Shown: positions 20,788-31,191 of the stretch, piece by piece
Layout: every line of letters begins with the position of its first letter
Numbering within the stretch: the first letter of the stretch is position 1
DNA from: a bacterium
GTDB taxonomy: Bacteria > UBA8248
DNA: 64,000 nt
Reading direction: 5' to 3'
Assembly (NCBI GenBank): GCA_965213625.1
Contig: CBDBZU010000004.1
Coordinates: 640,001 to 704,000, forward strand
Made by a program: the position numbers and the translations under genes
Notes under the pieces: model-generated
What the model saw: the letters and a program-made list of their open reading frames with translations, nothing else
What the model was told of the DNA's origin: nothing
Database searches by the model: none

Positions 20788-21795
20788 CTAGTTGCTTCCC
20801 ATCCCGAGGCCGAGGCCGCCGAGGTCTTGTTTCGCGATGGCCGCGTTCACCGGGAAGAAACCGGCCTTGATAACGGCCTGCTGACCACCTTTCGAGAAGA
20901 TGTACTTGACGAACTGGGCTCTCAGGGGATCGAGCGCCTGGTTCGGGTTCTTGTTGACGTAGATGTAGAGGAAACGCGCGATCGGGTAGTTGCCCGAGTA
21001 GGCGTTCTTCGCTTCGGGGCCATAGCATTTGGCGCCGGTTTTTTTGGAGACCGGGAGCGCGATAACGTCGGCGGTCTTGTAGCCGATGCCCGAGTAGCCG
21101 ATGGCGAACTTATCGGAAGCCACGCCTTGCACCACCGCCGAGGAGCCGGGCTGCTCTTTCACGGAGTCTTTGTAGTCGCCTTTGTAGAGGGCTACTTTCT
21201 TGAAGTAGCCGTACGTGCCCGAAGCCGAGTTGCGGCCATACACGGAAATCGGCTTGCTGGCCCACATGCCCTCGAGACCGAGTTGGCCCCACGTGGCGAC
21301 GTTGGACCTCATGCCGCCCTTGCGGGTTTTGGAGAAGATGGCGTCTACCTGCGGGAGGCTCAGGCACTTGAGGGGGTTGTCCTTGTTCGTGAAGACGGCC
21401 AGGGCGTCCACGGCGACGCGGATGCGGCCCGGCTTGTAGCCGAACTTCTTCTCGAATGCGTCCACTTCCTTGGACTTCATGGCGCGAGACATCGGGCCGA
21501 AGTTCGATGTGCCGGCGATGAGCGCCGGAGGAGCCGTGGAGGAGCCTTTGCCCTCGATCTCGATTTTCACGTCCGGGTAGGAACGCCTGAACCCTTCGGC
21601 CCAGAGCGTCATGAGGTTGTTCAGCGTATCGGAGCCGACGGACTTCACGTTCCCGGAAACGCCGCTGGTGGCCTTGTAGGCGGGCAATTTCTTGTCAACC
21701 ATCAGGGCCGCGCCAGCGGGCTGCGCTACGAGCACGAGGCCAATCGCAACCGCGAAGGCCAAGCCACAAATCCTGGATAACCTGCTCATTTTCAC
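20788..21795 (-). CDS. pstS: Phosphate ABC transporter substrate-binding protein
   Basis: SVGSDTL, GKGSSTAPPAL, GPMSR, GRNSASGTYG, GYSGIGY motifs; signal peptide. Confidence 0.95.
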   Translation of the reverse strand: MKMSRLSRICGLAFAVAIGLVLVAQPAGAALMVDKKLPAYKATSGVSGNVKSVGSDTLNNLMTLWAEGFRRSYPDVKIEIEGKGSSTAPPALIAGTSNFGPMSRAMKSKEVDAFEKKFGYKPGRIRVAVDALAVFTNKDNPLKCLSLPQVDAIFSKTRKGGMRSNVATWGQLGLEGMWASKPISVYGRNSASGTYGYFKKVALYKGDYKDSVKEQPGSSAVVQGVASDKFAIGYSGIGYKTADVIALPVSKKTGAKCYGPEAKNAYSGNYPIARFLYIYVNKNPNQALDPLRAQFVKYIFSKGGQQAVIKAGFFPVNAAIAKQDLGGLGLGMGSN

Positions 21796-21842
21796 TTCCT
21801 CCTTTGGATGGATTGAAACTACAGGAAAAAACGCAAGGTTTT

Positions 21843-21869
21843 GTTACATTTTCGTGACAAAATGATGAA
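21843..21869 (-). promoter_or_regulatory. Pho box array (proximal) upstream of pstS
   Basis: Minus strand TTCAT-n6-GTCAC-n6-GTAAC with exact 11-bp period, as in PhoB (C)TGTCAT repeats. Confidence 0.75.
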
Positions 21870-22071
21870 CATACCGAGACACGGACACTCCTCCGCTTCT
21901 AACAGGCACATCTTTCATTTCCCACATTCCCCTTGGACTGCTCGCCTCTGCGTCCGGAGAGCTTCATCGCCTCTTCAGGGGGCTGCGAATTCGCAACCAT
22001 GAGCAAAAACGCTCTGTCGCGCGATCCCTCTCCGAACGAGGTGGAATATAGAGAAAAAAGGAGCCGGGTAT

Positions 22072-22098
22072 GTTACGAAAGGATGAAAATCATATGAC
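22072..22098 (-). promoter_or_regulatory. Pho box array (distal) upstream of pstS
   Basis: Minus strand GTCAT-n6-TTCAT-n6-GTAAC with exact 11-bp period. Confidence 0.7.
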
Positions 22099-22227
22099 TT
22101 TTTGGACAATTCCGGTTTTCAAAATATAATCTTCGTATAACTCATTGAAAAGACGTAAATTTCAGGTTTGCTTTCAATAAAGCGGGCATAAACGATGAAG
22201 GCAAAGACTAGAAGGCGCTTGTCCCGT

Positions 22228-24003
22228 TTAAGGCGTGGGAACGGTGAAGCGGAAGGTGGAGCCCCGGCCCGGCGCGCTCTCGACCCAGACGTCTCCGCCC
22301 ATCTCCTGAACGAGGTGCTTCACGATGGAGAGCCCCAGGCCGGTGCCCCCGTTCTCCCGGGAGCGGGCCGAATCCACACGGTAGAAGCGCTCGAAAATGC
22401 GGGGGAGGTGCTCGGGGGGAATTCCCTCACCCTGATCGGCCACTGAAACCTCGACGAACCCGTCTTCGCACAAGCGCCCGGAAACCGTGATTTCGCTTCC
22501 CTCGGAACTGTAGTTCACCCCGTTTTCGGCCAGATTGATCAGAATTCTTTCCAGGGCGGCCGGGTCCGCCCGAACGTGGTCGGCCTCCTCGTGAATCACC
22601 GATTGCAGATGAACGCCTCTTTTCTCGACAACGGGAGCCAGGGTATGCGCCACCGAATCCATCGTGTTGCGGATGGAAACCTTCTCGGGCCGAACGTGCT
22701 CTTCCTTGGATTCGATTCTGCCGAGTTCGAGCAGGTCCTCCACCAGGGCCGAGAGGCGCCGGGCGTGGCGGTTGATGGTCGAGGCGAACCGGCGCGTCGC
22801 ATCGGGGTCGGATTCTGCCGTCACTTCGAGCGTCTGGGCCGCCCACTGTATCGCCGTCAAGGGCGTACGCAGCTCATGAGAGACGTTTGCGGTGAATTCC
22901 CGCCGTATTCCCGCGAGTCGTTTTACCTCGGTAACGTCGTGAAACACCCAGATGAGGTTGGACTCTTCATCCGCCCTCGCGCGTTTGGCGTGCAGGGTCA
23001 GCGTGCGCGCGGGGAGGACTTCCACCTCGCGCTCCAACTGGGTGGCGAAGCGCGTGAGCATATCCCTCACCGCTTCCTGCACTTCAGTGGAGCGCACGGC
23101 TTCGAGAGGAATCGGCATACTATCTTCGAACTCAGGCAGGGAGGGAAAGAATTCCCGAAACGAGGAATTCACGAGAAGAATGTCTCCCGAGGCGTTCGTG
23201 ACCATGACGCCCTCGGTCATTCCTTCGAGTATCGCCTCCAGCCGGTCGCGCTCGTTGCGCAACTCATCGAGATGCGCCTCCACCTCCGAAGCGAGCCGGT
23301 CCATCGTCCGTGCGAGTTCACCCAGTTCATCCTGCCGCATGGAAGCGATGCGGTAGCTGAAATCGCCTCGAGAAATCTTCTCTACGGACTCGTATATCTC
23401 GTCGAAGCCCCGACGCACGATAACGCCGGCCCCGAAGCTGACCGCGATGGCGAGCAAAAACGCGAAAGCGCCGGCCACCAGGAGAAGGCCCCGCATCTTG
23501 CCGATAGTCTCCTCGATTTCCCTTAAGCTCATGGCCAGGCGAATCACGCCGCCGGATAACGGGCCCGCATTTATCGGCAGAGCCAGATACAGCAAATCTC
23601 CATCACCCCTCGGGCTCACCCGGACGCTCGAACCGATTCCCTTTTTTCTCGCCGCGATGATTTCGGGCCGAGCGGCGCGGCTCTCTTCTCTGCCGGGCGT
23701 GCCAGGAGCGAGGCCGGAATCCGCGAGTAAACGACCGGAAGCGGATACGACCGTCACGCGCACACCGAGCGCGCGGCCGATTTCATCGGCGAGTTCATCC
23801 ATTCGTTGACTTTGCGGATTTTCCGGAATGGAGGAAACCAGCTGGCGGCGGGCAAGGCGCGCGTTGCTGGCGAGGTTCTCCTCTGCCTGCTCCATCAACT
23901 GGGCGGAGAGGCCGAAATGAAGATAGATCATCCCCGCCGCGAACACCACGGTAATGACTACCAGATAGCTCGCCGTCAGCTTCTTGTAGAAGGACCTGCG
24001 CAT
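22228..24003 (-). CDS. phoR: Phosphate regulon sensor histidine kinase
   Basis: HAMP, PAS, ANVSHELRTPLT, FERFYRVD.ARSR..GGTGLGLSIVKH; adjacent to pst operon. Confidence 0.92.
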   Translation of the reverse strand: MRRSFYKKLTASYLVVITVVFAAGMIYLHFGLSAQLMEQAEENLASNARLARRQLVSSIPENPQSQRMDELADEIGRALGVRVTVVSASGRLLADSGLAPGTPGREESRAARPEIIAARKKGIGSSVRVSPRGDGDLLYLALPINAGPLSGGVIRLAMSLREIEETIGKMRGLLLVAGAFAFLLAIAVSFGAGVIVRRGFDEIYESVEKISRGDFSYRIASMRQDELGELARTMDRLASEVEAHLDELRNERDRLEAILEGMTEGVMVTNASGDILLVNSSFREFFPSLPEFEDSMPIPLEAVRSTEVQEAVRDMLTRFATQLEREVEVLPARTLTLHAKRARADEESNLIWVFHDVTEVKRLAGIRREFTANVSHELRTPLTAIQWAAQTLEVTAESDPDATRRFASTINRHARRLSALVEDLLELGRIESKEEHVRPEKVSIRNTMDSVAHTLAPVVEKRGVHLQSVIHEEADHVRADPAALERILINLAENGVNYSSEGSEITVSGRLCEDGFVEVSVADQGEGIPPEHLPRIFERFYRVDSARSRENGGTGLGLSIVKHLVQEMGGDVWVESAPGRGSTFRFTVPTP

Positions 24004-24036
24004 ATGCGGGTCTCCTCCGGGTGTCGGGAAGAGCTA

Positions 24037-24726
24037 CTATTCAGACATTTTCTTGAACCGGTACCCCACGCCCCGAAGCGTCTGGATCATTTCCCCCGCC
24101 GGGCCGAGCTTCTCCCGGAGGCGGCGGATATATGTGTCCACGGTGCGGGGGGTGACGAATTTGTCTTCTCCCCAGATGATGTCGAGCAGGTCGTCACGAT
24201 TCTGGGCGTGCCCCGGGTGAGAGGCCAGATGGTGCAAAAGACGGAACTCCGTCGCCGTCAAGGAGAGCGGGCGCCCGTCGACCGCCGCTTCATATTGCTC
24301 GGGGTCGATGGTGAGCGGCCCGCGCCTGAGCGCCTTGCCCTCAACCTGCGGCATTTTCGAGCGCACGAGCACCGCTTTCACTCGCAGAATCATCTCCCGG
24401 ATGTTGAAGGGCTTGGTCACGTAGTCATCCGCGCCCAATTCGAAGCCGACGATGCGATCCACCTCTTCGCCCTTGGCGGTCAGCATGATGATGGGGAGCC
24501 GGCTCAAGGAGGAATCGCGGCGGATGTAGCGGCAAATCTCGAGGCCGGAAACATCGGGAAGCATCAGATCGAGAACGACCAACTGGATCGGCTCGCTCTT
24601 TAGCGTCTTGAGGGCTTCTTCGCCGTTGGCTACGCCCACCACATCGAATCCCTCGCGGTCGAGGTTGTAGGTGAGGAGTTCCCGAATGTCGGTCTCGTCT
24701 TCGATAATGAGAATCTTTTGAGCCAA
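24037..24726 (-). CDS. phoB: Phosphate regulon response regulator (OmpR family)
   Basis: Receiver LDLMLP, MLTAKGEE.D, GADDYVTKPF; wHTH RTVDTYIRRLREKL; probable TTG start (ORF extends to 24744). Confidence 0.92.
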   Translation of the reverse strand: MAQKILIIEDETDIRELLTYNLDREGFDVVGVANGEEALKTLKSEPIQLVVLDLMLPDVSGLEICRYIRRDSSLSRLPIIMLTAKGEEVDRIVGFELGADDYVTKPFNIREMILRVKAVLVRSKMPQVEGKALRRGPLTIDPEQYEAAVDGRPLSLTATEFRLLHHLASHPGHAQNRDDLLDIIWGEDKFVTPRTVDTYIRRLREKLGPAGEMIQTLRGVGYRFKKMSE

Positions 24727-24982
24727 TATCGCCCCCACCGCCACTTCAGTAATCCATTCGGTATGAATGACGTATTGTTCTACTAATCAATTATGCAGAT
24801 AAATTCAACACGGGGGAAATCAAGTGTCTCAGAGCGCACGGCGATTGAAGTCTTGAATACAAGGGTTGAAAAAAAAAGTGAACCCACGCATACTTTTCAT
24901 ATGGAATAAAAATTTCTACCGCATCGTTCATTGTGTTCGGGATGATGTTCATCGTCCATGCGATTTGAAAGGGATAATTGCG

Positions 24983-26056
24983 GTGGCCTCAATTACGCTC
25001 CAAAATCTCGTTAAAAAATTTGGTGAAACCGTTACCGCCGTAGCGGGCGTCGACCTCGATGTGAACGACGGCGAGTTCATGGTGGTGGTCGGTCCTTCGG
25101 GCTGCGGAAAAACCACAACGCTCAACATGATATCCGGTTTCGAGGAACCCACGGGCGGATCGATCATGATCGGCGAGCGCGAGGTGACCCACCTCGAACC
25201 GGGCGACCGCGGCTTGGGCATGGTGTTCCAGGACCTCGCCCTGTTCCCACACATGACCGTTTTCGAAAACATCGCCTTCGGGATGCGGGTGGACAAGACG
25301 GCGGATTCAGAGGTGAAGGATCGGGTCTCGAAGGTCGCCACGACCATGAAGATCTCCCATCTTCTATCCAAGAAACCCGCCCAGTGCTCCGGCGGCGAGG
25401 CGCAGCGGGTGGCTCTCGCGCGAACGATCGTCACCGAGCCGCAAGTCCTGCTCATGGACGAGCCGCTCTCCAGTCTGGATGCCAAGCTTCGCATCGAGAT
25501 GCGCACCGAACTCAAGCGCCTGCACGAGGAACTCAAGTCCACCTTCCTTTACGTCACCCACGATCAGGCAGAGGCCATGACGATGGCGGACCGCATCATG
25601 GTCATGGAAAGCGGTTACGTGCAGCAGATCGACACCCCTCTCGGCATATACAGAAAACCGACGAACCAGTTCGTCGGCACGTTCTTCGGTCAACCGACGA
25701 TGAACGTTATCTCCGGGCGCGTCGAAAACGGCGGCTCTTCCAAATTCGTCTCCGAGTATTTCGAGTTGGGCATCGAGGCTGACACCGTGCCCGGCTCTTC
25801 CATTGGGAAAGAGATCAACCTCGGGGTGCGTTCCGAGAACGTGACCATCGGGGATGAAGGAGCGTCCGGCGAAGTGAGGCTTATCGAACCGCTGGGAGAC
25901 GAAACGCTGGTATTCTTCTCCTGCGGCAATGAGGACTTTCTGGTGGCCAAAGTCGACGCCGAGCGCGAGTTCAGTCCCGGCGACAATATCCGATTTGGCT
26001 TTCAATCGGGCGGCATGCACTTTTTCGACGCCGAAAGCGGGGTGCGGCTGGAGTAA
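24983..26056 (+). CDS. CUT1 carbohydrate ABC transporter ATP-binding protein (MalK-like)
   Basis: GPSGCGKTT, SGGEAQRVALAR, DEPLSSLD, YVTHDQ.EAMT; GTG start. Confidence 0.92.
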   Translation: MASITLQNLVKKFGETVTAVAGVDLDVNDGEFMVVVGPSGCGKTTTLNMISGFEEPTGGSIMIGEREVTHLEPGDRGLGMVFQDLALFPHMTVFENIAFGMRVDKTADSEVKDRVSKVATTMKISHLLSKKPAQCSGGEAQRVALARTIVTEPQVLLMDEPLSSLDAKLRIEMRTELKRLHEELKSTFLYVTHDQAEAMTMADRIMVMESGYVQQIDTPLGIYRKPTNQFVGTFFGQPTMNVISGRVENGGSSKFVSEYFELGIEADTVPGSSIGKEINLGVRSENVTIGDEGASGEVRLIEPLGDETLVFFSCGNEDFLVAKVDAEREFSPGDNIRFGFQSGGMHFFDAESGVRLE

Positions 26057-26224
26057 CAGCCGGCCCTTAACGATGGGGCAACAAGGGCTGTAAAGCTGTA
26101 TCGCATGGAAGTCACAACGCTGGAGGAAGACGGGAACTACTCGGTATCAGGGATTTTGTGTTCGATCTCGGCGATTCTGAAGCAAGTCATCGCCTTTCCA
26201 AACACGAAGGGAGGAGGAATCGAG

Positions 26225-27703
26225 ATGAAGAGAATTTTTCTCGCAACAATGATTCTGATGGGCATCACGATATTCGTGGCCTCGACGGCCATCGCCGCCA
26301 TGATGGTGCACCCCGGGAAGACGGTTGAGGAGCGGGCCATCAACGGTGCGAAAGCGTACATCAAGAAGCATAATCTGAAGAATCCGACCCAGACCATGCT
26401 TCTTATTTCGCTCTTCAAGAACTCCCAGCCGAAATACCTGAGGGAGTGGGAGAAGCTCACCGGCGTCAAGATGAAGACCATCCAGTACGGCTACACCGAC
26501 ATTCCCGCGAAAATCATGGCCGAAGCCGTGGCGAAGACGGGGCAGTACGATGTCATCAACCACTTCCCCTATGTCATTCCAGACGCGGTGGGCGCTGGCA
26601 CGCTCCAGCCTCTGGACGCATACATGGCCAAGGGAAAACCCGATTTTACGGGAATCGACTCGGGCTTGCTTGCGCAGCAGACGTACAAGGGGAAAACCTA
26701 CTGGTTCATCCTCGACGGCGACCACATCGCGCTTTTCCTGCGCTCGGACATCATGAAGGCGGCCGCGAAGGACTATAAGGCCAAGTTCGGCAAGGAACCG
26801 GGATGTCCCGACACGATGGCCGAGTGGGAGCAGATGGCCAAGTACTTCCACACGAAAAAAGGCCAGACCCGCTGGGGCATGAAGTTCGACGCACCGCTCT
26901 ACGGCGCGCAGGCCTACCGGAGCATCAACTTCTCCTACAGGCACTTCCCGGCCTATATGGGCGGACTGCTCTTCGACAAGGACATGAAGCCCACCATCAA
27001 TAGCCCGAACGGTATCCGGGCCATCAAGGAATTCACCTCGATCGTCAAGTACATGCCGCCGGACGTGCAGGGCTGGGGAACGCCGCAGCTCTATCCCCAC
27101 TGGGCGAGCGGACAGGCCTTCTCGTTCATGTCCTTCCCCTCGGCGATGGGCTACGCCAACCGAAACCCGAAGAGCAAAATCAGCGGCAAGCAACTGGCCT
27201 GCCCGGTTCCCGCGGTTAAAGGAGCGAGCGGCAAGATGGTGCGCCGCGCCCCGCAGGCGGCCGGCACCGGCTACATGGTGAACGCGCACGGCAAACACCC
27301 CGAGCTCGCCTACTACTTCGTCCAGTGGTTCACGGGCCCGACCAAGGGTGACGAAGCCATCGCCGATCCCAAAGGCTTCTGGGACCCGATGCGCGCCTCG
27401 AACCTGACGAACAAGGCCGTGCTCGACAAGCACACCGAGCCGTTCGTCAAGATGACGATGAAGAACGCGAAAAACGCCATCTCCCTGCTCATGATCGAGG
27501 GCAACTACGAGTACTTCAACGTGCTCGACAAGAACATGGCGCAGGTCATGCAGGGCAACATCTCCGCTGCGCAGGCGGCGAAGAACGTCGAGAAGGGCTG
27601 GAACCGCATCACCGAAGACATCGGTCGGAAAGAACAAATTGCGGCTTGGAGAGCGAGCGTCGCAAGCGGCGCTTATATCGACAAGTTCGCGCCGACCAAC
27701 TAA
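26225..27703 (+). CDS. CUT1 ABC transporter substrate-binding protein
   Basis: GGAGG RBS, signal peptide MKRIFLATMILMG, SBP_bac_1-like features, lies between ATPase and permeases. Confidence 0.85.
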   Translation: MKRIFLATMILMGITIFVASTAIAAMMVHPGKTVEERAINGAKAYIKKHNLKNPTQTMLLISLFKNSQPKYLREWEKLTGVKMKTIQYGYTDIPAKIMAEAVAKTGQYDVINHFPYVIPDAVGAGTLQPLDAYMAKGKPDFTGIDSGLLAQQTYKGKTYWFILDGDHIALFLRSDIMKAAAKDYKAKFGKEPGCPDTMAEWEQMAKYFHTKKGQTRWGMKFDAPLYGAQAYRSINFSYRHFPAYMGGLLFDKDMKPTINSPNGIRAIKEFTSIVKYMPPDVQGWGTPQLYPHWASGQAFSFMSFPSAMGYANRNPKSKISGKQLACPVPAVKGASGKMVRRAPQAAGTGYMVNAHGKHPELAYYFVQWFTGPTKGDEAIADPKGFWDPMRASNLTNKAVLDKHTEPFVKMTMKNAKNAISLLMIEGNYEYFNVLDKNMAQVMQGNISAAQAAKNVEKGWNRITEDIGRKEQIAAWRASVASGAYIDKFAPTN

Positions 27704-27793
27704 TCACCGCGCCAAAGAGCGCCCGCTCCGGCCTCGAAACCGGGGCGGGCGCCTAGCGCGATACGTTATGATACGAGTAAAGACGAAGGTAAG

Positions 27794-28747
27794 ATGGCCC
27801 AGGCATCGACGGTAAAAGAACGCAAGAGTCTCTCCGCATGGTTGTCGCAGGAGAAGGTGTTCCGCCTGATTCCGTTCATCATGGTGGAGGCGACATTCCT
27901 CCTGCTACTCGCCATTCCCTTCATGCTCACCATCTACATCAGCCTGCTCAAGTGGCGCGCCAACCGGCCCTTCGAGCAGGCCTACTTTCACGGCTTGTTG
28001 AATTACGTCCGCGTTCTCACCACCGAGGATTTCTGGTGGGCGCTCGGGCGGACTTTCTATTTCGCTGGAACGGCTGTCTTCTTCGAGCTGCTCTTCGGTT
28101 TTCTGCTCGCCATGCTGGCCTACAAGCAGTTCCGGGGCAGGCGGATATACATCACGATTTTCCTGATTCCCATGATGGTGGTGCCCGTGGTGGGAGGGTA
28201 CAACTTTTCGATGATCTACATCGACTCGGGACCCCTCAACCAGATTCTGTCTCCCATCACCGAAGCCATGGGCGTGAACCCGCGCATCCGCTGGCTCTCG
28301 CACCCCATCGCCGCGCAGTGGGCGATCATTCTCGCCGACGTATGGCAGTGGACGTCGCTGACATTCCTGATTTTTCTCTCGGGCTTCGCCGCGCTCCCGC
28401 AGCAGCTCACCAACGCGGCGCGCGTTCTGGGGGCGAGCAAGTGGCAGATATTCTGGAAAGTCCACCTGCCGCTGCTTAAGCCCGCCATCATGATCGCCGT
28501 CATCATCCGCTCGATGGAAGCGCTCAAGCTGTTCGATCTGTCCGTGCTGCTCACCTTCGGCGGGCCGGGCACCTCTACCGAGACAATCGCGTTCTTCCTC
28601 TGGCGGCAGGTGTGGCAGTTCAACAAGTACAGCTTCGGCGCGGCCGCCTCCATCATCCTGCTCTTCATGTTCGGAGCACTCATCTTCTACGGAATCTATC
28701 TACTCGTGCGGGAACGCTCCATCGTCGAAGAGGAGAGCATGAGATGA
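27794..28747 (+). CDS. CUT1 ABC transporter permease (MalF-like)
   Basis: DVWQWT, AARVLGASKWQIF..V.LPLLKP, GGPG.STET motifs. Confidence 0.9.
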   Translation: MAQASTVKERKSLSAWLSQEKVFRLIPFIMVEATFLLLLAIPFMLTIYISLLKWRANRPFEQAYFHGLLNYVRVLTTEDFWWALGRTFYFAGTAVFFELLFGFLLAMLAYKQFRGRRIYITIFLIPMMVVPVVGGYNFSMIYIDSGPLNQILSPITEAMGVNPRIRWLSHPIAAQWAIILADVWQWTSLTFLIFLSGFAALPQQLTNAARVLGASKWQIFWKVHLPLLKPAIMIAVIIRSMEALKLFDLSVLLTFGGPGTSTETIAFFLWRQVWQFNKYSFGAAASIILLFMFGALIFYGIYLLVRERSIVEEESMR

Positions 28748-29712
28748 CGAACAATGCAGGCGCGCGCGCGGAGATGTCCTTCGCCAAGCGCTACAACCTC
28801 TTCTTCTGGTTCCGCCACGCAGCTCTAATGCTCTGGGCGATCATGATTATGTTCCCGATCTTCTGGATGGTTTCCACGTCCTTCAAAGATACGGGTGACT
28901 GGGTGACCTGGCCGCCGAACTGGTTCCCGACCTTTCTAGGCGGGGGATACGAACCCACCCTGCACAATTACATGCAGATTTTCAGTGTGGTCGGGCATGG
29001 CGAAGGCCTCAGCCGCGAATACACCGAACAGGCCTTCACGATCTGGGGAGCGGTGCGCGATTCGATGGTCATCTCCTCCATCAGCGCACTGGTCGCGCTT
29101 CTGCTGGGCACGTTCCTGGCTTATTCGATATCGCGCTTCAACGTGGGAGGCAAGTATTTCCGTTACATGATCCTGACCATCCGCATGGTGCCGCCCATCA
29201 TCATCGCGATACCCGTCGTGATGTACTACGCCATCCTGATTCCGTTCGCGACCCAGACGGTTCTCGGCTACCGGATAAGCTTTATCGACAGCTACGTCGG
29301 CCTGGGACTTCTCTATACCGCGACCACGCTGCCCTTCGTCATCTGGATGATGCTGAACTTCATCGAAGAGATTCCTAAGACCATCGAGCACGCCGCCCAA
29401 ATCATGGGCGCGGGCCGCATCTACACGCTGCGCCGCGTCGTGATGCCCCTGGTCGCTCCGGGCATGGTGGTGACCTTCCTGTTCATCTTCATCCTGAACT
29501 GGAGCGAGTTCCTGCTCGCGCTGACGCTCACCCAGCCGAACGTCATTACACTGCCCATCCTGCTCAACAAGTTCCAGAGCGCGGTGGAGGGCAGGCTCTA
29601 CGGGCCGCAGGCTGCGATTGGCACCGTCATCACCGTCCCCGTTGTCATCCTCGGCGTCCTGATCCAGAAGCACCTCATCACGGGATTCAGCTTCGGTACC
29701 ATCCGCAAGTAG
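28744..29712 (+). CDS. CUT1 ABC transporter permease (MalG-like)
   Basis: FPIFWMVSTSFK, PTLHNY, IEHAAQIMGA, NWSEFL; ATGA overlap with upstream permease. Confidence 0.9.
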   Translation: MTNNAGARAEMSFAKRYNLFFWFRHAALMLWAIMIMFPIFWMVSTSFKDTGDWVTWPPNWFPTFLGGGYEPTLHNYMQIFSVVGHGEGLSREYTEQAFTIWGAVRDSMVISSISALVALLLGTFLAYSISRFNVGGKYFRYMILTIRMVPPIIIAIPVVMYYAILIPFATQTVLGYRISFIDSYVGLGLLYTATTLPFVIWMMLNFIEEIPKTIEHAAQIMGAGRIYTLRRVVMPLVAPGMVVTFLFIFILNWSEFLLALTLTQPNVITLPILLNKFQSAVEGRLYGPQAAIGTVITVPVVILGVLIQKHLITGFSFGTIRK

Positions 29713-29870
29713 CCCCTCAGGCAAGTGCGGGCTGGTGAACCCGCGTGTTCGCCCGGAGGTTGCGTATCACGGACATTCCCCGTCTGGTTTTCACAGATGA
29801 ACCCGGTGAGATTCGTGACTCCCTGAACCCGGGCGGACTACCAGGGTGGGTCCCTACCGATGAGGGAAGA
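29712..29870 (-). ncRNA. ssrS: 6S RNA (probable)
   Basis: About 160-nt rod: terminal CCCTCA/TGAGGG pairing and central-bubble elements GGGAG-TCACG...CGTGA-TACGCAACCT...GCGGGTTCA, resembling the GGGAG...CACCCACCT...GCGGGTTCA elements of 6S RNAs; TATAGC -10 candidate just upstream. Confidence 0.7.
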
Positions 29871-30048
29871 GGCTCCTCGATCCGCTATACAAATTAATGA
29901 CTTCTCACCCGAAATTTTGTTATCGTTCCGGGATTGATCTCCCTGAGATACCGACAACGACAGGGAACCATCAGGTCACCCCATATCCCATCGGGCGAAT
30001 ATGGATGATGGAGTGCAAACAGCTCCCGTCCAAAAGGAGAATTTCCAC

Positions 30049-31041
30049 ATGATACGCCATTTTATTCTGATCCTGTCGGCATTCATTATCCTGGGCTGCG
30101 CCGGAGGCGGGGGAGGCGGCGCGTCTGACATGGAGGACCGCATCGACTTCAAAAGGGTCACACAGTTCGACGGCCGGGTACTCGACGTGGAAGTAATTTC
30201 GAAAAACGGACGCACGCTCAGGCTCAACACCGCAAGAGACACCGCTTATTCCTCATCCGCCACCCCGGCGCTACCCAACCACTCCGGCCGCGTCTGGACG
30301 CTTTTCAACAGAACGAGCGACAACACCACCATCGTCTACGCGCTCCTCAATTGGGACAACGATGTGCAAACCGACTATCTGGCCGCCGGGTGGTGGCTCC
30401 AATACGAGGGGCGGCCCCGCTTTCCGCGCTTTCCCATTTTCGCGTCGGAGCGAGGCATTTTCATCGAGGGTACGGAACTCGACACATCCAATCCGCCCAG
30501 TATGCCCGTAACGGGAGGAGCGACCTACGCCGGCGCCTCGGGCGGCCTTTACGCATACCAGTACGGGAGCAGTTGGGGCGCACTCACCGGAACCGAGGTG
30601 TTCGAAGAGGTTCAAGGGGTCATGACCCTCCGCGCGGACTTTACGAACAATACGATTCAGGGCTGCATCGGCTGCGCGGGAGACTTCGAAATCCAGCGCT
30701 CCCATCTGCGCCTCGCCCTGGGGTGGAGACAAGGCGAACCCCCCGAGGCCATGCCCACCGACTACGAAGTGCATCTCGGCCCCACGCCCTTCACGCGGGG
30801 CGGCGCTTTCCGGGCTGAAGACGTGCGGGTGGCGCATCCGGGTCGCAGCGTGGCGCAATCGGGCGGTTCCTGGGAAGGGCGCTTTTCGAACCGGCCTGAC
30901 GGCGAGGGAAATCCCCGCCTCATGGCGGGCACCAGCCTTGCCGAGTTCACGGAATCAGACGGCAGCCGGGGGTCGCTCGAGGGAATCTTCACCGTCCTGA
31001 GCGATACCTTGAGAGCTTCGGGGAACAACCAGGGTCAATAG
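30049..31041 (+). CDS. TbpB-like (transferrin-binding-protein-like) surface lipoprotein, copy 1
   Basis: AGGAGA RBS; lipobox IILGC followed by Gly-rich linker; DYLAAGWWL, P.MP.TG.ATYAG..GG, LRADF, GSWEGRF beta-barrel pattern. Confidence 0.7.
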   Translation: MIRHFILILSAFIILGCAGGGGGGASDMEDRIDFKRVTQFDGRVLDVEVISKNGRTLRLNTARDTAYSSSATPALPNHSGRVWTLFNRTSDNTTIVYALLNWDNDVQTDYLAAGWWLQYEGRPRFPRFPIFASERGIFIEGTELDTSNPPSMPVTGGATYAGASGGLYAYQYGSSWGALTGTEVFEEVQGVMTLRADFTNNTIQGCIGCAGDFEIQRSHLRLALGWRQGEPPEAMPTDYEVHLGPTPFTRGGAFRAEDVRVAHPGRSVAQSGGSWEGRFSNRPDGEGNPRLMAGTSLAEFTESDGSRGSLEGIFTVLSDTLRASGNNQGQ

Positions 31042-31191
31042 AGCGAAGTCCGGAGCGGGTGTGACGCCGGTATGAGCGGGGGATGGCGGGTCGGCATGGT
31101 GCGCTGCAAACGACTCTCTACCGTCAACGGCCTGGCATCTCCGGGATAAATTTTCTTGACATCTCCCGACATTTAATTTACTTAGATCAGC

